Under the pieces are notes generated by a model. It had not been told where the DNA came from, did not search any database, and was given only the letters and a program-made list of their open reading frames with translations. A program made the translations under genes and the position numbers. Below are positions 23,873 to 32,000 of a stretch of DNA of 32,000 nt, piece by piece. Source of the DNA: Vibrio alginolyticus NBRC 15630 = ATCC 17749. Lineage in GTDB: Bacteria; Pseudomonadota; Gammaproteobacteria; Enterobacterales; Vibrionaceae. Location: positions 1,590,001 to 1,622,000 of the forward strand of contig NC_022359.1 in the NCBI RefSeq assembly GCF_000354175.2, in the 5' to 3' direction. The stretch's first letter is position 1. Each line of letters opens with the position of its first letter.

Positions 23873-24285
23873 TGGGATCCTACTTAATTAAACAAAAAAA
23901 CAGTCCCATATGCTCTTCCAATTCGATACTGATCCATCCAGATACTGATTCCATTCAGACGGGAACACAGCACAGTACACAACCGCGATAAGCCATTAGG
24001 GACGACTAAGGGAGGCGGATTATTCCTTAAAAGCATAAAAAAATCCAGAAAAAATTGAATTACATCACAATTTATTCTCAACAATGGTATTTTTAGCATA
24101 TTTTTCCACCAACCCTACCATTCCCCGTAGATTCGCGTAACTCACAGATGAGAATTTCATCAATATTTAAGCCAATTTCTCGTGGTTAAATTGGCAAAAT
24201 TCACGGCGAAATTACGCTCCACAGGTAGTAATAATAGCTCGCAATGATTATAGTGTGCCCAACTCCATAGGTAATTTAAGAAAAG

Positions 24286-26289
24286 ATGTTTCAAGATAAC
24301 CCACTACTCGCTCAGCTTAAGCAGCAAATCCAAGAAAACCTGCCTAAAAAAGAAGGCTCAATAAAAGCCACAGATAAAGGCTTTGGCTTTTTGGAAGTGG
24401 ACAGTAAGACGAGCTTCTTCATCCCGCCTGCGTACATGAAAAAGTGCATGCACGGTGACAAAGTCATCGCCATTATCCGCACCGAAAATGAACGCGAAGT
24501 TGCAGAGCCACAAGAGCTGCTAGAACAAGCCGTGACTCGCTTTATTGGTCGAGTAAAAATGTTCAAAGGCAAGCTCAACGTAGCACCTGATCACCCACAG
24601 CTTAAAAAGCTATCTCTTAAAGCGAAACTAAAGAAAGGTCTAAAACCTGACGAGTTCGCCGAAGGTGATTGGGTTGTCGCACATCTTATTCGCCACCCTC
24701 TAAAAGGCGATAACTCTTTCTTCGTAGAAATTTCTGAAAAAATCACTGACGCGAATGATAAAATTGCGCCTTGGTGGGTAACGCTTGCTCAAAACGATCT
24801 ACCAAACTCTGAGCCAGCAGGCATCGATAACTGGGAACTGAAAGACGACGCGGAGCTAGAACGCGTAGACATGACTCATGTTCCATTCGTCACTATCGAC
24901 GGTGAATCGACTAAAGATATGGACGATGCGCTGTACGCGAAGAAAACCGTATCTGGCGATTTCGAACTCACCATCGCTATTGCGGACCCAACCGCTTACA
25001 TCACACCTGAAGATGAAATGGATAAAGTAGCGCGTGAGCGTGGCTATACTATCTATCTTCCAGGACGCAACATCCCGATGCTACCTCGCGATTTAGCGGA
25101 CAACCTATGTTCTCTGATTGAAGGTGAAACCCGCCCTGCTATTTGCTGTACCGTAACGGTAAGTAAAGATGGTGTGATTGGCGACGATATTAAATTCTTC
25201 GCGGCAAACATCAAATCACATGCACGCCTAGCATACGATCACGTGTCTGATTGGTTAGAAAACGGCAGCTCTGAAGCATGGCAGCCATCTGAAGAGATCG
25301 CGACCATCGTTCGTGATCTTTATGAGTTCTCTCTTGCTCGCGCTGAATGGCGTGAGAAAAACGCAGTGGTCTTCCCTGATCGTCCTGACTACCGTTTTGA
25401 GCTCAGTGAAGATAACGATGTAATCGCTATCCACGCAGACATGCGCCGCAGTGCAAACCGTCTTGTTGAAGAATCCATGATTACCGCAAACATCTGTGCA
25501 GGTCGTACATTACGCGATAAATTTGAAACAGGTGTCTTCAATACGCATGCAGGTATCAAGAACGAGAAGATTGAAGAAGTGGTTCAACTTGTCAATCCAG
25601 AAGGCCAGTTGGAGTTCACAGCGGAGTCTATTGCTACGCTAGAAGGCTTTGCTGCGTTGCGCCGCTGGTTGGCAGCTCAAGAAACGTCTTATCTAGATAA
25701 CCGCATTCGTAAGTTCCAAGCATACAGTGAGGTGGGTAATCAGCCTCTGCCTCATTACGCAATGGGTTTAGACATCTATGCAACTTGGACATCACCAATT
25801 CGTAAATACGGTGATATGATCAACCACCGTATGTTGAAGGCCGTCATCCTTGGTAAAGAACCCGTACAAAAACCAGATGACCAAGTAGGCGAAGAGCTAG
25901 CTCTACATCGTAAACATCATAAAATCGCTGAGCGAAATGTCTCAGATTGGCTATATGCACGCACGCTTGCTGATGAGCCGAGTAAGAAAACTTGTTTCAC
26001 AGGTGAGATTTTCGATATTAATCGTGCAGGCGCACGTGTCCGACTTCTCGAAAATGGCGCAGCAGCCTTTATTCCTGGTGCACTAATTCTTGATAATAAA
26101 GAAAGAATTGAGTGCAATGGCGACAACGGTACCATCTCTATCGATAAAGAGATCGTATACAAACTTGGGGATACATTGGAAATTGTCCTTACGGACGTAA
26201 ACCAAGAAAACCGCAGTTTAGTTGCAAAGCCAACCCAGGTATTCGCTGAACAACCAGCAGCACAAACAGAACAGACTGTAAGTGAGTAA
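24286..26289 (+). CDS. rnb: Exoribonuclease II (RNase II), 667 aa
   Basis: N-terminus [14 protein letters not shown] is identical to E. coli Rnb. It is collinear with E. coli Rnb through the RNB domain ([35 protein letters not shown]) and the C-terminal S1 domain. Confidence 0.95.
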   Translation: MFQDNPLLAQLKQQIQENLPKKEGSIKATDKGFGFLEVDSKTSFFIPPAYMKKCMHGDKVIAIIRTENEREVAEPQELLEQAVTRFIGRVKMFKGKLNVAPDHPQLKKLSLKAKLKKGLKPDEFAEGDWVVAHLIRHPLKGDNSFFVEISEKITDANDKIAPWWVTLAQNDLPNSEPAGIDNWELKDDAELERVDMTHVPFVTIDGESTKDMDDALYAKKTVSGDFELTIAIADPTAYITPEDEMDKVARERGYTIYLPGRNIPMLPRDLADNLCSLIEGETRPAICCTVTVSKDGVIGDDIKFFAANIKSHARLAYDHVSDWLENGSSEAWQPSEEIATIVRDLYEFSLARAEWREKNAVVFPDRPDYRFELSEDNDVIAIHADMRRSANRLVEESMITANICAGRTLRDKFETGVFNTHAGIKNEKIEEVVQLVNPEGQLEFTAESIATLEGFAALRRWLAAQETSYLDNRIRKFQAYSEVGNQPLPHYAMGLDIYATWTSPIRKYGDMINHRMLKAVILGKEPVQKPDDQVGEELALHRKHHKIAERNVSDWLYARTLADEPSKKTCFTGEIFDINRAGARVRLLENGAAAFIPGALILDNKERIECNGDNGTISIDKEIVYKLGDTLEIVLTDVNQENRSLVAKPTQVFAEQPAAQTEQTVSE

Positions 26290-26303
26290 TACCGAATGAA
26301 GTT

Positions 26304-26331
26304 AAAAGGCGCTCTATTGAGCGCCTTTTTT
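26304..26331 (+). terminator. Rho-independent terminator of rnb
   Basis: AAAAGGCGCTC-tatt-GAGCGCCTTTTTT. Confidence 0.85.
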
Positions 26332-26360
26332 ATTTGTTATGTAAAACGATAAGAAAGAGT

Positions 26361-27170
26361 ATGCCGAACATTGAGATCATTCGCTTTAATCACTTCACTG
26401 CGCGCAAAAGTGAGCGTTACACTGCAACACATAATGGGTTATATATTGTTGAAGAAGGTGCCCTATTAGTTCATCAACCTAATGGCGAGCAATTTGAACT
26501 TAAAGCCGGAGATTTCACACTCTATAACTCCGCAGATCTGAGCAGTGCAGAAGCCGTCTCTAGTGACGGAGGCTTTAAAGCACTGGCTTTAGTCTTCAAT
26601 CCAAATATATTCTGTGACTTTAAGAAAGCGCACCCGATGCTACGTTCCAAAACGGAAGAAAGGCGCTTCTATCCTTTTTCAACGCAATCCAGTAGCGAAG
26701 TAGCACAATTGAAGGACATGTTGGTTAAGTTAGCGAGTCGCAATGCTCCAGACTACACACAAAGCCATATCGCAATGGCATTGCTGTCGTTGATGGTTGA
26801 GGTAGAGCCAAACATCCTATCTATCATAGATGATGCAAGTAGCCTGAGCGACTCTCAAAAAGCCATTAAGTACATTGAGGGTAATATTGAAAAAGACATC
26901 ACGCTAGAAGGCTTAGCGGCTCATATGAGCATGTCCATCGCAACCTTAAAACGTCGCCTCGCCGCAGATGATCTTTCGTTTTCTCAGATATTAAAGGTGA
27001 AACGGATAAACTTCGCAGCAACCCAACTGCGCAAGTCAGAAAAATCAATAACAGAAATAGCGTTTGAGTCTGGCTTTAAAAGTGCAGCGCATTTCAGTAC
27101 AGCATTTAAATCCGTTTACAACATGACCCCCAAAGACTTTAGAAACCAAGTTGTTAGGCCTAAAGTATAA
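26361..27170 (+). CDS. AraC-family transcriptional regulator, 269 aa
   Basis: C-terminal double HTH (ITEIAFESGFKSAAHFSTAFKSVYNMTPKDFR). Start set to ATG 26361, because the track start is a TTG inside the rnb terminator. Confidence 0.85.
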   Translation: MPNIEIIRFNHFTARKSERYTATHNGLYIVEEGALLVHQPNGEQFELKAGDFTLYNSADLSSAEAVSSDGGFKALALVFNPNIFCDFKKAHPMLRSKTEERRFYPFSTQSSSEVAQLKDMLVKLASRNAPDYTQSHIAMALLSLMVEVEPNILSIIDDASSLSDSQKAIKYIEGNIEKDITLEGLAAHMSMSIATLKRRLAADDLSFSQILKVKRINFAATQLRKSEKSITEIAFESGFKSAAHFSTAFKSVYNMTPKDFRNQVVRPKV

Positions 27171-27203
27171 ATCATGTCGGCATTCGCATCCGTTGGGCTC
27201 GCC

Positions 27204-27557
27204 CTATTCCCAAAAACACGCTTGAGGATCGCGCTCCAACTCGTTGAGTAAGTCCTCAAGCATTCGGCTAAATGGAAGTGGCTTATAAGGCACCCACCTT
27301 AACAGCTCGTTGTGATATGTGGGAACATAGAAATACCAAAGTTGGTTTTCCTCATCAAACATGATCTTCGCGACGGGAGAAGTATACTCGCTATGCTGGG
27401 AGTCGAGGAGAAAATGCGCCCGATGAAGCTCAACGCCATTTTCTACTAGCTCATAGAGGCACTTGCCCTGTTCGACAGGCAAGTTAGCATTACGCGCAGA
27501 GCAGAGCGATTGAACTGATTTGTATAAACGACTTGTCGCCATTTGGGACACTGACAT
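27204..27557 (-). CDS. DUF3024-like protein, 117 aa
   Basis: C-terminal pattern VAKIMF...LWYFYVP...WVPYKP...DPQACFWE resembles the DUF3024 signature (VAK..F...W.IYW...W..Y.P...D....FWG). SD GGGAGA. Confidence 0.55.
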   Translation of the reverse strand: MSVSQMATSRLYKSVQSLCSARNANLPVEQGKCLYELVENGVELHRAHFLLDSQHSEYTSPVAKIMFDEENQLWYFYVPTYHNELLRWVPYKPLPFSRMLEDLLNELERDPQACFWE

Positions 27558-27807
27558 CAACGTTCTCCCGATGGATGATAGTTAGAGCTGTCGATCCTAG
27601 TATATAACCTTTACATCATCACCGATGGTAGTTATCTACCTAACTCAAGTATAAGATAGCTATATTATCATCTCAGTCCACTTGGAAACGCTAGCTCCAT
27701 CACCTCTTGACTAGAAACAATTCCCCTGTTTAGCGCTAACAGTTCACAAAAGTGTAACCTGAACGCAATATCATAAACTCTGCTTTATCCCGTATATGGA
27801 GTTTAAT

Positions 27808-28632
27808 ATGTTACGTTTTACTGTGGCGACGTTATTGGCCATAGCAGTCTCCCTCCCTACCATTGCAAAAGAAATCAACATCTCGGGTTCAACGTCGGTT
27901 GCTCGTGTGATGGATGTACTTGCTGAGGAATACAACAAAACACACCCAGACGATTACGTTGCTGTTCAGGGCATTGGTTCGAGTGCTGGTATCACCATGG
28001 TCAATAAAGGAGTAGCCGAAATAGGCATGAGCTCTCGCTATCTGACTGAAAGCGAAAAAGGTGAAGATCTCAATGTATACCCTATCGCTTATGATGGCCT
28101 CGCTGTTGTTGTAAACCGTACCAACTCTGTAGAAAACCTTTCTCAGCAACAGCTGTTTGATATTTACAAAGGTAAGATTAAGAATTGGAAAGAGGTCGGG
28201 GGCGCAGATCAGCCTATCGCGGTGGTTACTAGAGAAGCGTCTTCAGGTTCACGTTACAGCTTCGAAAGCTTGCTGGGACTGACCAAAATCGTTAATGATC
28301 GCCTTGTCTCGGATATCAGCCCAAACAACTTGGTTGTAAACAGCAACAGCATGGTAAAAACCATTGTTAACCATAACACTCGCGCCATTGGTTTTATCTC
28401 TGTAGGGTCAGTAGATCGCTCGATCAAGGCGATTCAGTTAGATGGTATTGACCCAACCTCGACAAACATTAGCAATCATAAGTACAAGTTGGCGCGACCA
28501 TTCCTAGTGCTATACAAAGTAGATAAGATTAGCGATGCAGGTAAAGGTTTTATCGCTTTCCTTCGTTCAGAGCAGGGACAAAAAGCGATTGCAGATTACG
28601 GTTATACGCCAGTAAAAAACTTTAATCAGTAA
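27808..28632 (+). CDS. PstS-family (PBP-like 2) phosphate-binding periplasmic protein, orphan, 274 aa
   Basis: Signal peptide MLRFTVATLLAIAVSLPTIA; ISGSTSVARVM, GIGSSAG, TREASSGSR and YKLARPF blocks typical of PstS-like binders. No pstCAB is adjacent. Confidence 0.8.
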   Translation: MLRFTVATLLAIAVSLPTIAKEINISGSTSVARVMDVLAEEYNKTHPDDYVAVQGIGSSAGITMVNKGVAEIGMSSRYLTESEKGEDLNVYPIAYDGLAVVVNRTNSVENLSQQQLFDIYKGKIKNWKEVGGADQPIAVVTREASSGSRYSFESLLGLTKIVNDRLVSDISPNNLVVNSNSMVKTIVNHNTRAIGFISVGSVDRSIKAIQLDGIDPTSTNISNHKYKLARPFLVLYKVDKISDAGKGFIAFLRSEQGQKAIADYGYTPVKNFNQ

Positions 28633-28638
28633 AAATGA

Positions 28639-28666
28639 AAAAGAGAGCACCCTGATGCTCTCTTTT
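28639..28666. terminator. Bidirectional rho-independent terminator
   Basis: AAAAAGAGAGCA-ccctga-TGCTCTCTTTT. Confidence 0.8.
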
Positions 28667-28695
28667 ACTATGTCGTGTTCTATCCGGTTTCGGAA

Positions 28696-29376
28696 TTAGA
28701 AATGCAGTTGAATTACAGAGACCACAACCGCACCAGGTCGACGAATACCTTCAATTTCCACTTTAATTTCGCGCTCAATCTCCAAACCTTTTTTGATTGG
28801 CGTTACTTTTGTTAACGTGCTGACTGCACGAACATTATTGCCTGCTTTGACAGGGTAAGGGAAACGGACTTGGTTTAAACCCAAGTTAACTACCATTTTA
28901 GCTGTTGGGAACATTGGCTTGTCTGGATCGACTGAATCCGTCAGTTTAGGCAGCAATGCTAATGTTAAAAAGCCATGAGCGATAGTTGTCTTAAATGGAG
29001 ATTCAGTTGAAGCACGCTCTGGATCGGTATGAATCCATTGCATGTCTTCCGTTACCGCACCAAATTGGTTAATACGTTCTTGAGACACATGAACCCAATC
29101 ACCAGTGTGAATAACTTCGCCAATTTTTTCACTTAACTCGTCATAAAGCTTTTGAGCCTCAGGTGCCATTACGATCGGTGCAGGTTGAGGTGCAACTTCT
29201 TCGTTGACGGCTGGTTGCTGGTGATCACGAACTTTTGAGAAAAGAAAGCTATTTTGAGCTTTCCCCAAAAAGTCACTCCAATAATCGCGTAACGTTGGAG
29301 ACATCCAATTCATAAACTCGGATTGATGAGCAGAAATCGCATCAACTTTGTCTTTAAATAGATTTGTGACCTTCAT
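28696..29376 (-). CDS. MaoC-like (R)-specific enoyl-CoA hydratase/dehydratase hotdog protein with an about 85-aa N-terminal extension, 226 aa
   Basis: Hotdog block FGAVTEDMQWIHTDPERA...TIAHGFLTLAL. Start set to ATG 29376. Confidence 0.7.
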   Translation of the reverse strand: MKVTNLFKDKVDAISAHQSEFMNWMSPTLRDYWSDFLGKAQNSFLFSKVRDHQQPAVNEEVAPQPAPIVMAPEAQKLYDELSEKIGEVIHTGDWVHVSQERINQFGAVTEDMQWIHTDPERASTESPFKTTIAHGFLTLALLPKLTDSVDPDKPMFPTAKMVVNLGLNQVRFPYPVKAGNNVRAVSTLTKVTPIKKGLEIEREIKVEIEGIRRPGAVVVSVIQLHF

Positions 29377-29664
29377 AAACACCCTTAAGAATTCTAAGCA
29401 CAACTGGCTATACCAGTTAATTTTGAATTAGTTCACAAAGTCTTGCAAATACTTTCGGGCGAACACATGTACCCTAAAAGCATGTTATGTCTTATATATC
29501 AGCAAGATAACAATAAAACACCATTTTATTGACGTGCACCAATATAAAGTAAAAACTCTATAAATTGGTACTTTTTGTCCCTTTTTCACTCCGTTTTCAA
29601 ACTGTCCAACATCACATCAGTGATCATAAAACAAGCAAACAGTACTTCTATTATAATTCAGCAC

Positions 29665-29693
29665 TTTACAAGTCGGACTATGCTCCTTATTAT
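29665..29693 (+). promoter_or_regulatory. Candidate sigma70 promoter of tRNA-Ser
   Basis: TTTACA, 17 nt, TATTAT, followed by a GC-rich discriminator (ACCGCCC). The tRNA 5' end lies 13 nt after the -10 element. Confidence 0.5.
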
Positions 29694-29705
29694 ACCGCCC
29701 ACAAC

Positions 29706-29796
29706 GGAGAGATGGCTGAGTGGTTGAAAGCACCGGTCTTGAAAACCGGCATACGTTAATAGCGTATCTAGGGTTCAAATCCCTATCTCTCCGCCA
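29706..29796 (+). tRNA. tRNA-Ser (anticodon UGA), 91 nt including encoded CCA
   Basis: Acceptor GGAGAGA/TCTCTCC; anticodon stem CCGGT/ACCGG with loop CTTGAAA; long variable arm ATACG-ttaatag-CGTAT; T arm TAGGG-TTCAAAT-CCCTA; discriminator G followed by CCA. Confidence 0.95.
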
Positions 29797-29807
29797 CTTA
29801 TTTAGAG

Positions 29808-29839
29808 AGCTCGCATTTATTGCGAGCTTTCGTCGTTTT
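29808..29839 (+). terminator. Rho-independent terminator after tRNA-Ser
   Basis: AGCTCGCA-tttat-TGCGAGCT followed by TTCGTCGTTTT. Confidence 0.7.
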
Positions 29840-29907
29840 AGCTCTTACAAAAACGAGATTTAGAAATCCTCGATCGTAAACGAATCCGGCACTTCACTAT
29901 ATTCCAG

Positions 29908-29939
29908 TTAAAAGCCCGCTAATGTTTAGCGGGCTTTTA
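29908..29939 (-). terminator. Rho-independent terminator of the MCP gene (bidirectional in form)
   Basis: AAAA-GCCCGCTAA-tgt-TTAGCGGGC-TTTT. Confidence 0.8.
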
Positions 29940-29957
29940 ACTCCGATTTTCTAAAGT

Positions 29958-31526
29958 TTAAGCAAACTTCTTAATCATTTCAGACAGGTCATTGGTGCAA
30001 TTTTGCACTTTGGTGTTCATATGATTCGTTTCAGTCATCAGTTCATACGATTCACTGTACTTTAAATTAAGCGACTGGATGTTTTCATTTATTTCATCCG
30101 TTACATAAACCTGCTCTTCTATCGCGACCGCAATTTGTTGGTTTCGTTCGACGACGTCCTGAACAAGGGACTCCAGTTGTTGAATGCTATCCAAAGCAGT
30201 ACCCAGCAATGTTACCGTTCCGGTCGACATTTCGTTACCTTTCTCTAACGCAGAAACCGCTGATTTGCTCCCATTTTGAATCCCTTCAATGGCCGATTTA
30301 ATCTCTGTTGTCGATTCCTGAGTTCTTTTAGCTAAGGTTCTCACTTCATCTGCTACAACGGCAAACCCTCTGCCTTGTTCGCCTGCCCTCGCGGCTTCAA
30401 TTGCAGCGTTCAACGCTAATAAATTAGTTTGTTCGGCAATACCATTGATGACTTCAACAACGGTTCCAATTTGCTCGGTTTGTTGGTTCAACCGTATGAC
30501 CACTTTAGATATTTCGCCGAGCTCACCCACCAGCTCTAGTACCGATTGGTTAACATTATCGATAACGCTACGGCTGTCTATCATCGTATTTTGCGCTTCT
30601 AACGTAGCCTCGGCGGTCGCTTGAGCATTATTTGATATCTCAGATGAAGAGGCTTGCATCTCGTTGACCGCTGTTGCGACCGAGTCAATCTCCACTTTCT
30701 GTGCGCTTAAATTCTCCGTCACTTGCTGGCTATTTGTCGCAGCACTGTTAGCACTTGCGCGCGTTTCTTCGCAAGAATCTTTTACAGACACGCCAACGCG
30801 CCCCAATAGCGCATTGGCAAATTGCTTACGCATCTTCATACCCAGCTCAATCTCAGCCAGATCGTTGATTCTTCCGCAATAAATATATTCCATGAGTGGA
30901 TTGTTGAAGTCTTGCCTAGCCTGTTTAGCGAGCTTTTCAACTGGTCTGGTTAATACATAAATAGAGAAAACGGAAAGTAACGCAACAACGCTAAACGCTA
31001 TCACTGGTGATTGATTCATTTGTAGAGTGAGTAAGCCAAGAAGGTTTGAAATTAAAAGGAAGAAGGCCGATCTCATCCACAAACGTGTACGAGGAAGATA
31101 CATTTTCCACGGCTTACGATTATTTCGAAGCTTCGAATACGCTTTTTCCGCTCGCTGGATGTGTATGCGCTCAGGTTTAAATCTCACTGATTGGTATTCC
31201 ACAACTTCACCATTAGATTTTATAGGAGAAGCAAACGCGTCAACCCAATAATAGCCACCGTTTTTACGTCGATTTTTGACCATTCCCATCCAGTGTTTGC
31301 CAGTTTTCAGGTGAGTCCATAAATCTTTAAAAGCCTGTTTTGGCATATCAGGATGACGCACAACATTGTGGGGTTTACCGATAAGCTCCCCTTCATCAAA
31401 CCCCGCTACTTCATTAAAGTTTTCACTGGCATATTTGATGTAACTGGAGGTATCGGTAATGGAAACTAGGCTGTAACTCGAAGGGTAATCGTATTCCGTT
31501 TCACTCATAAACATGTGTCCTAACAT
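29958..31526 (-). CDS. Methyl-accepting chemotaxis protein with cytoplasmic N-terminal PAS domain (Aer-like), up to 522 aa
   Basis: PAS block [40 protein letters not shown]...GGYYWVDAF, a TM hairpin, and the conserved MCP hairpin tip [35 protein letters not shown]. The start is ambiguous among ATGs at 31526, 31514 and 31508. Confidence 0.85.
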   Translation of the reverse strand: MLGHMFMSETEYDYPSSYSLVSITDTSSYIKYASENFNEVAGFDEGELIGKPHNVVRHPDMPKQAFKDLWTHLKTGKHWMGMVKNRRKNGGYYWVDAFASPIKSNGEVVEYQSVRFKPERIHIQRAEKAYSKLRNNRKPWKMYLPRTRLWMRSAFFLLISNLLGLLTLQMNQSPVIAFSVVALLSVFSIYVLTRPVEKLAKQARQDFNNPLMEYIYCGRINDLAEIELGMKMRKQFANALLGRVGVSVKDSCEETRASANSAATNSQQVTENLSAQKVEIDSVATAVNEMQASSSEISNNAQATAEATLEAQNTMIDSRSVIDNVNQSVLELVGELGEISKVVIRLNQQTEQIGTVVEVINGIAEQTNLLALNAAIEAARAGEQGRGFAVVADEVRTLAKRTQESTTEIKSAIEGIQNGSKSAVSALEKGNEMSTGTVTLLGTALDSIQQLESLVQDVVERNQQIAVAIEEQVYVTDEINENIQSLNLKYSESYELMTETNHMNTKVQNCTNDLSEMIKKFA

Positions 31527-31793
31527 TGATTAATTAACAAACGGCAAATATGAATTTATCAGCATAACATTTACATGCATAATGATAGGTTGATTCAAAA
31601 ATAAAACAAAATTATTGATAGGTTTACTTGTTACTTAATGACTCTAGTCGCATTTTTATCCTCTAATACAAGGCTTCGTTAATATGCACAAGACTGAGTG
31701 CTGTTCAAAATTAATACACAAAAGCGCTTCCGTACTGAGTTCGTAAATTGTTATAAGTAATCCACTAAAGCGAAAACAAGGAAGACAAACACA

Positions 31794-32000
31794 ATGACTA
31801 TTCACTTTCGTCAGCTTGCAGCCAAGAGAAACACGACACACTTGTTTATTGACGATTGGAAAATTAACACTCAGCAGTCTTGGGGGATATTCAGCGCGGA
31901 TGGAGATATTGGCTCTCTGCTTGGAGACCTTATTTGTGATGAAATGTCACCAGATAGTGGGGAAATTGAGCTAAATGGGCTGTCCGTTGCGCAAGTGTCG
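31794..32000 (+). CDS. 5' part of an ABC-type ATPase (ModF-like) running off the window
   Basis: The frame stays open from ATG 31794 (SD AAGGAAG) to the window end. SWGIFSADGDIGSLLGDLICDEM aligns with E. coli ModF SWAFVGSNGSGKSALARALAGEL. This ORF is absent from the supplied track because it has no stop. Confidence 0.35.
   Translation, partial: MTIHFRQLAAKRNTTHLFIDDWKINTQQSWGIFSADGDIGSLLGDLICDEMSPDSGEIELNGLSVAQVS

Noticed and set aside
31745-31763. AAATTGTTATAAGTAATCC upstream of the partial ABC gene resembles half of the Zur operator
   Set aside because: Only the left half-site (TGTTAT) matches. The right half (TAATCC) is not ATAACA, so there is no inverted repeat.
1-32000. Whole-window search for CRISPR arrays, transposases, integrases, phage genes, toxin-antitoxin pairs or known defence-system domains
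   Set aside because: None found. The only repeats are two octamer microsatellites, the Zur operators and the coding RGG repeats, so no mobile-element or defence-island interpretation is supported.

Overview
A 32-kb chromosomal segment from an AT-leaning gammaproteobacterium. Protein similarities look Vibrionaceae-like, but the taxon is inference. It holds about 30 genes and one tRNA-Ser(UGA). I found no rRNA, CRISPR array, transposase, integrase, phage gene or recognisable defence system. The left third (about 2.1-12.8 kb) is a compact zinc-starvation (Zur) island. Four copies of a TGTTAT-N3-ATAACA operator are present, and three of them share an identical 18-mer. They front units encoding a Cys-depleted DksA paralog, three different COG0523 G3E GTPases, a small membrane peptide, a LysM/M23 endopeptidase and an aspartoacylase-family protein. 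A fifth unit is the operon DUF1826-zur-type I dihydroorotase-gamma-CA-like-COG0523. One COG0523 gene has its CxCC motif replaced by SxSS. Another is split by a 1-nt frameshift inside an in-phase A_AAA_AAC heptamer. The remaining two thirds are ordinary or accessory genes: AraC/TauE, a secreted alpha/beta-fold protein lacking a nucleophile, an AraC remnant, two tandem Cys-nucleophile dienelactone-hydrolase-like genes with a LysR regulator, ackA, a deleted GGDEF-EAL pseudogene, deaD with an RGG tail, rnb, AraC, DUF3024, an orphan PstS-family protein, a MaoC dehydratase, a PAS-MCP and a truncated ABC-ATPase start. I see no wholly new system. The best candidates for undescribed biology are the uncharacterised or atypical components of the Zur island. 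All functional calls rest on motif recognition by eye, since no database search was possible.
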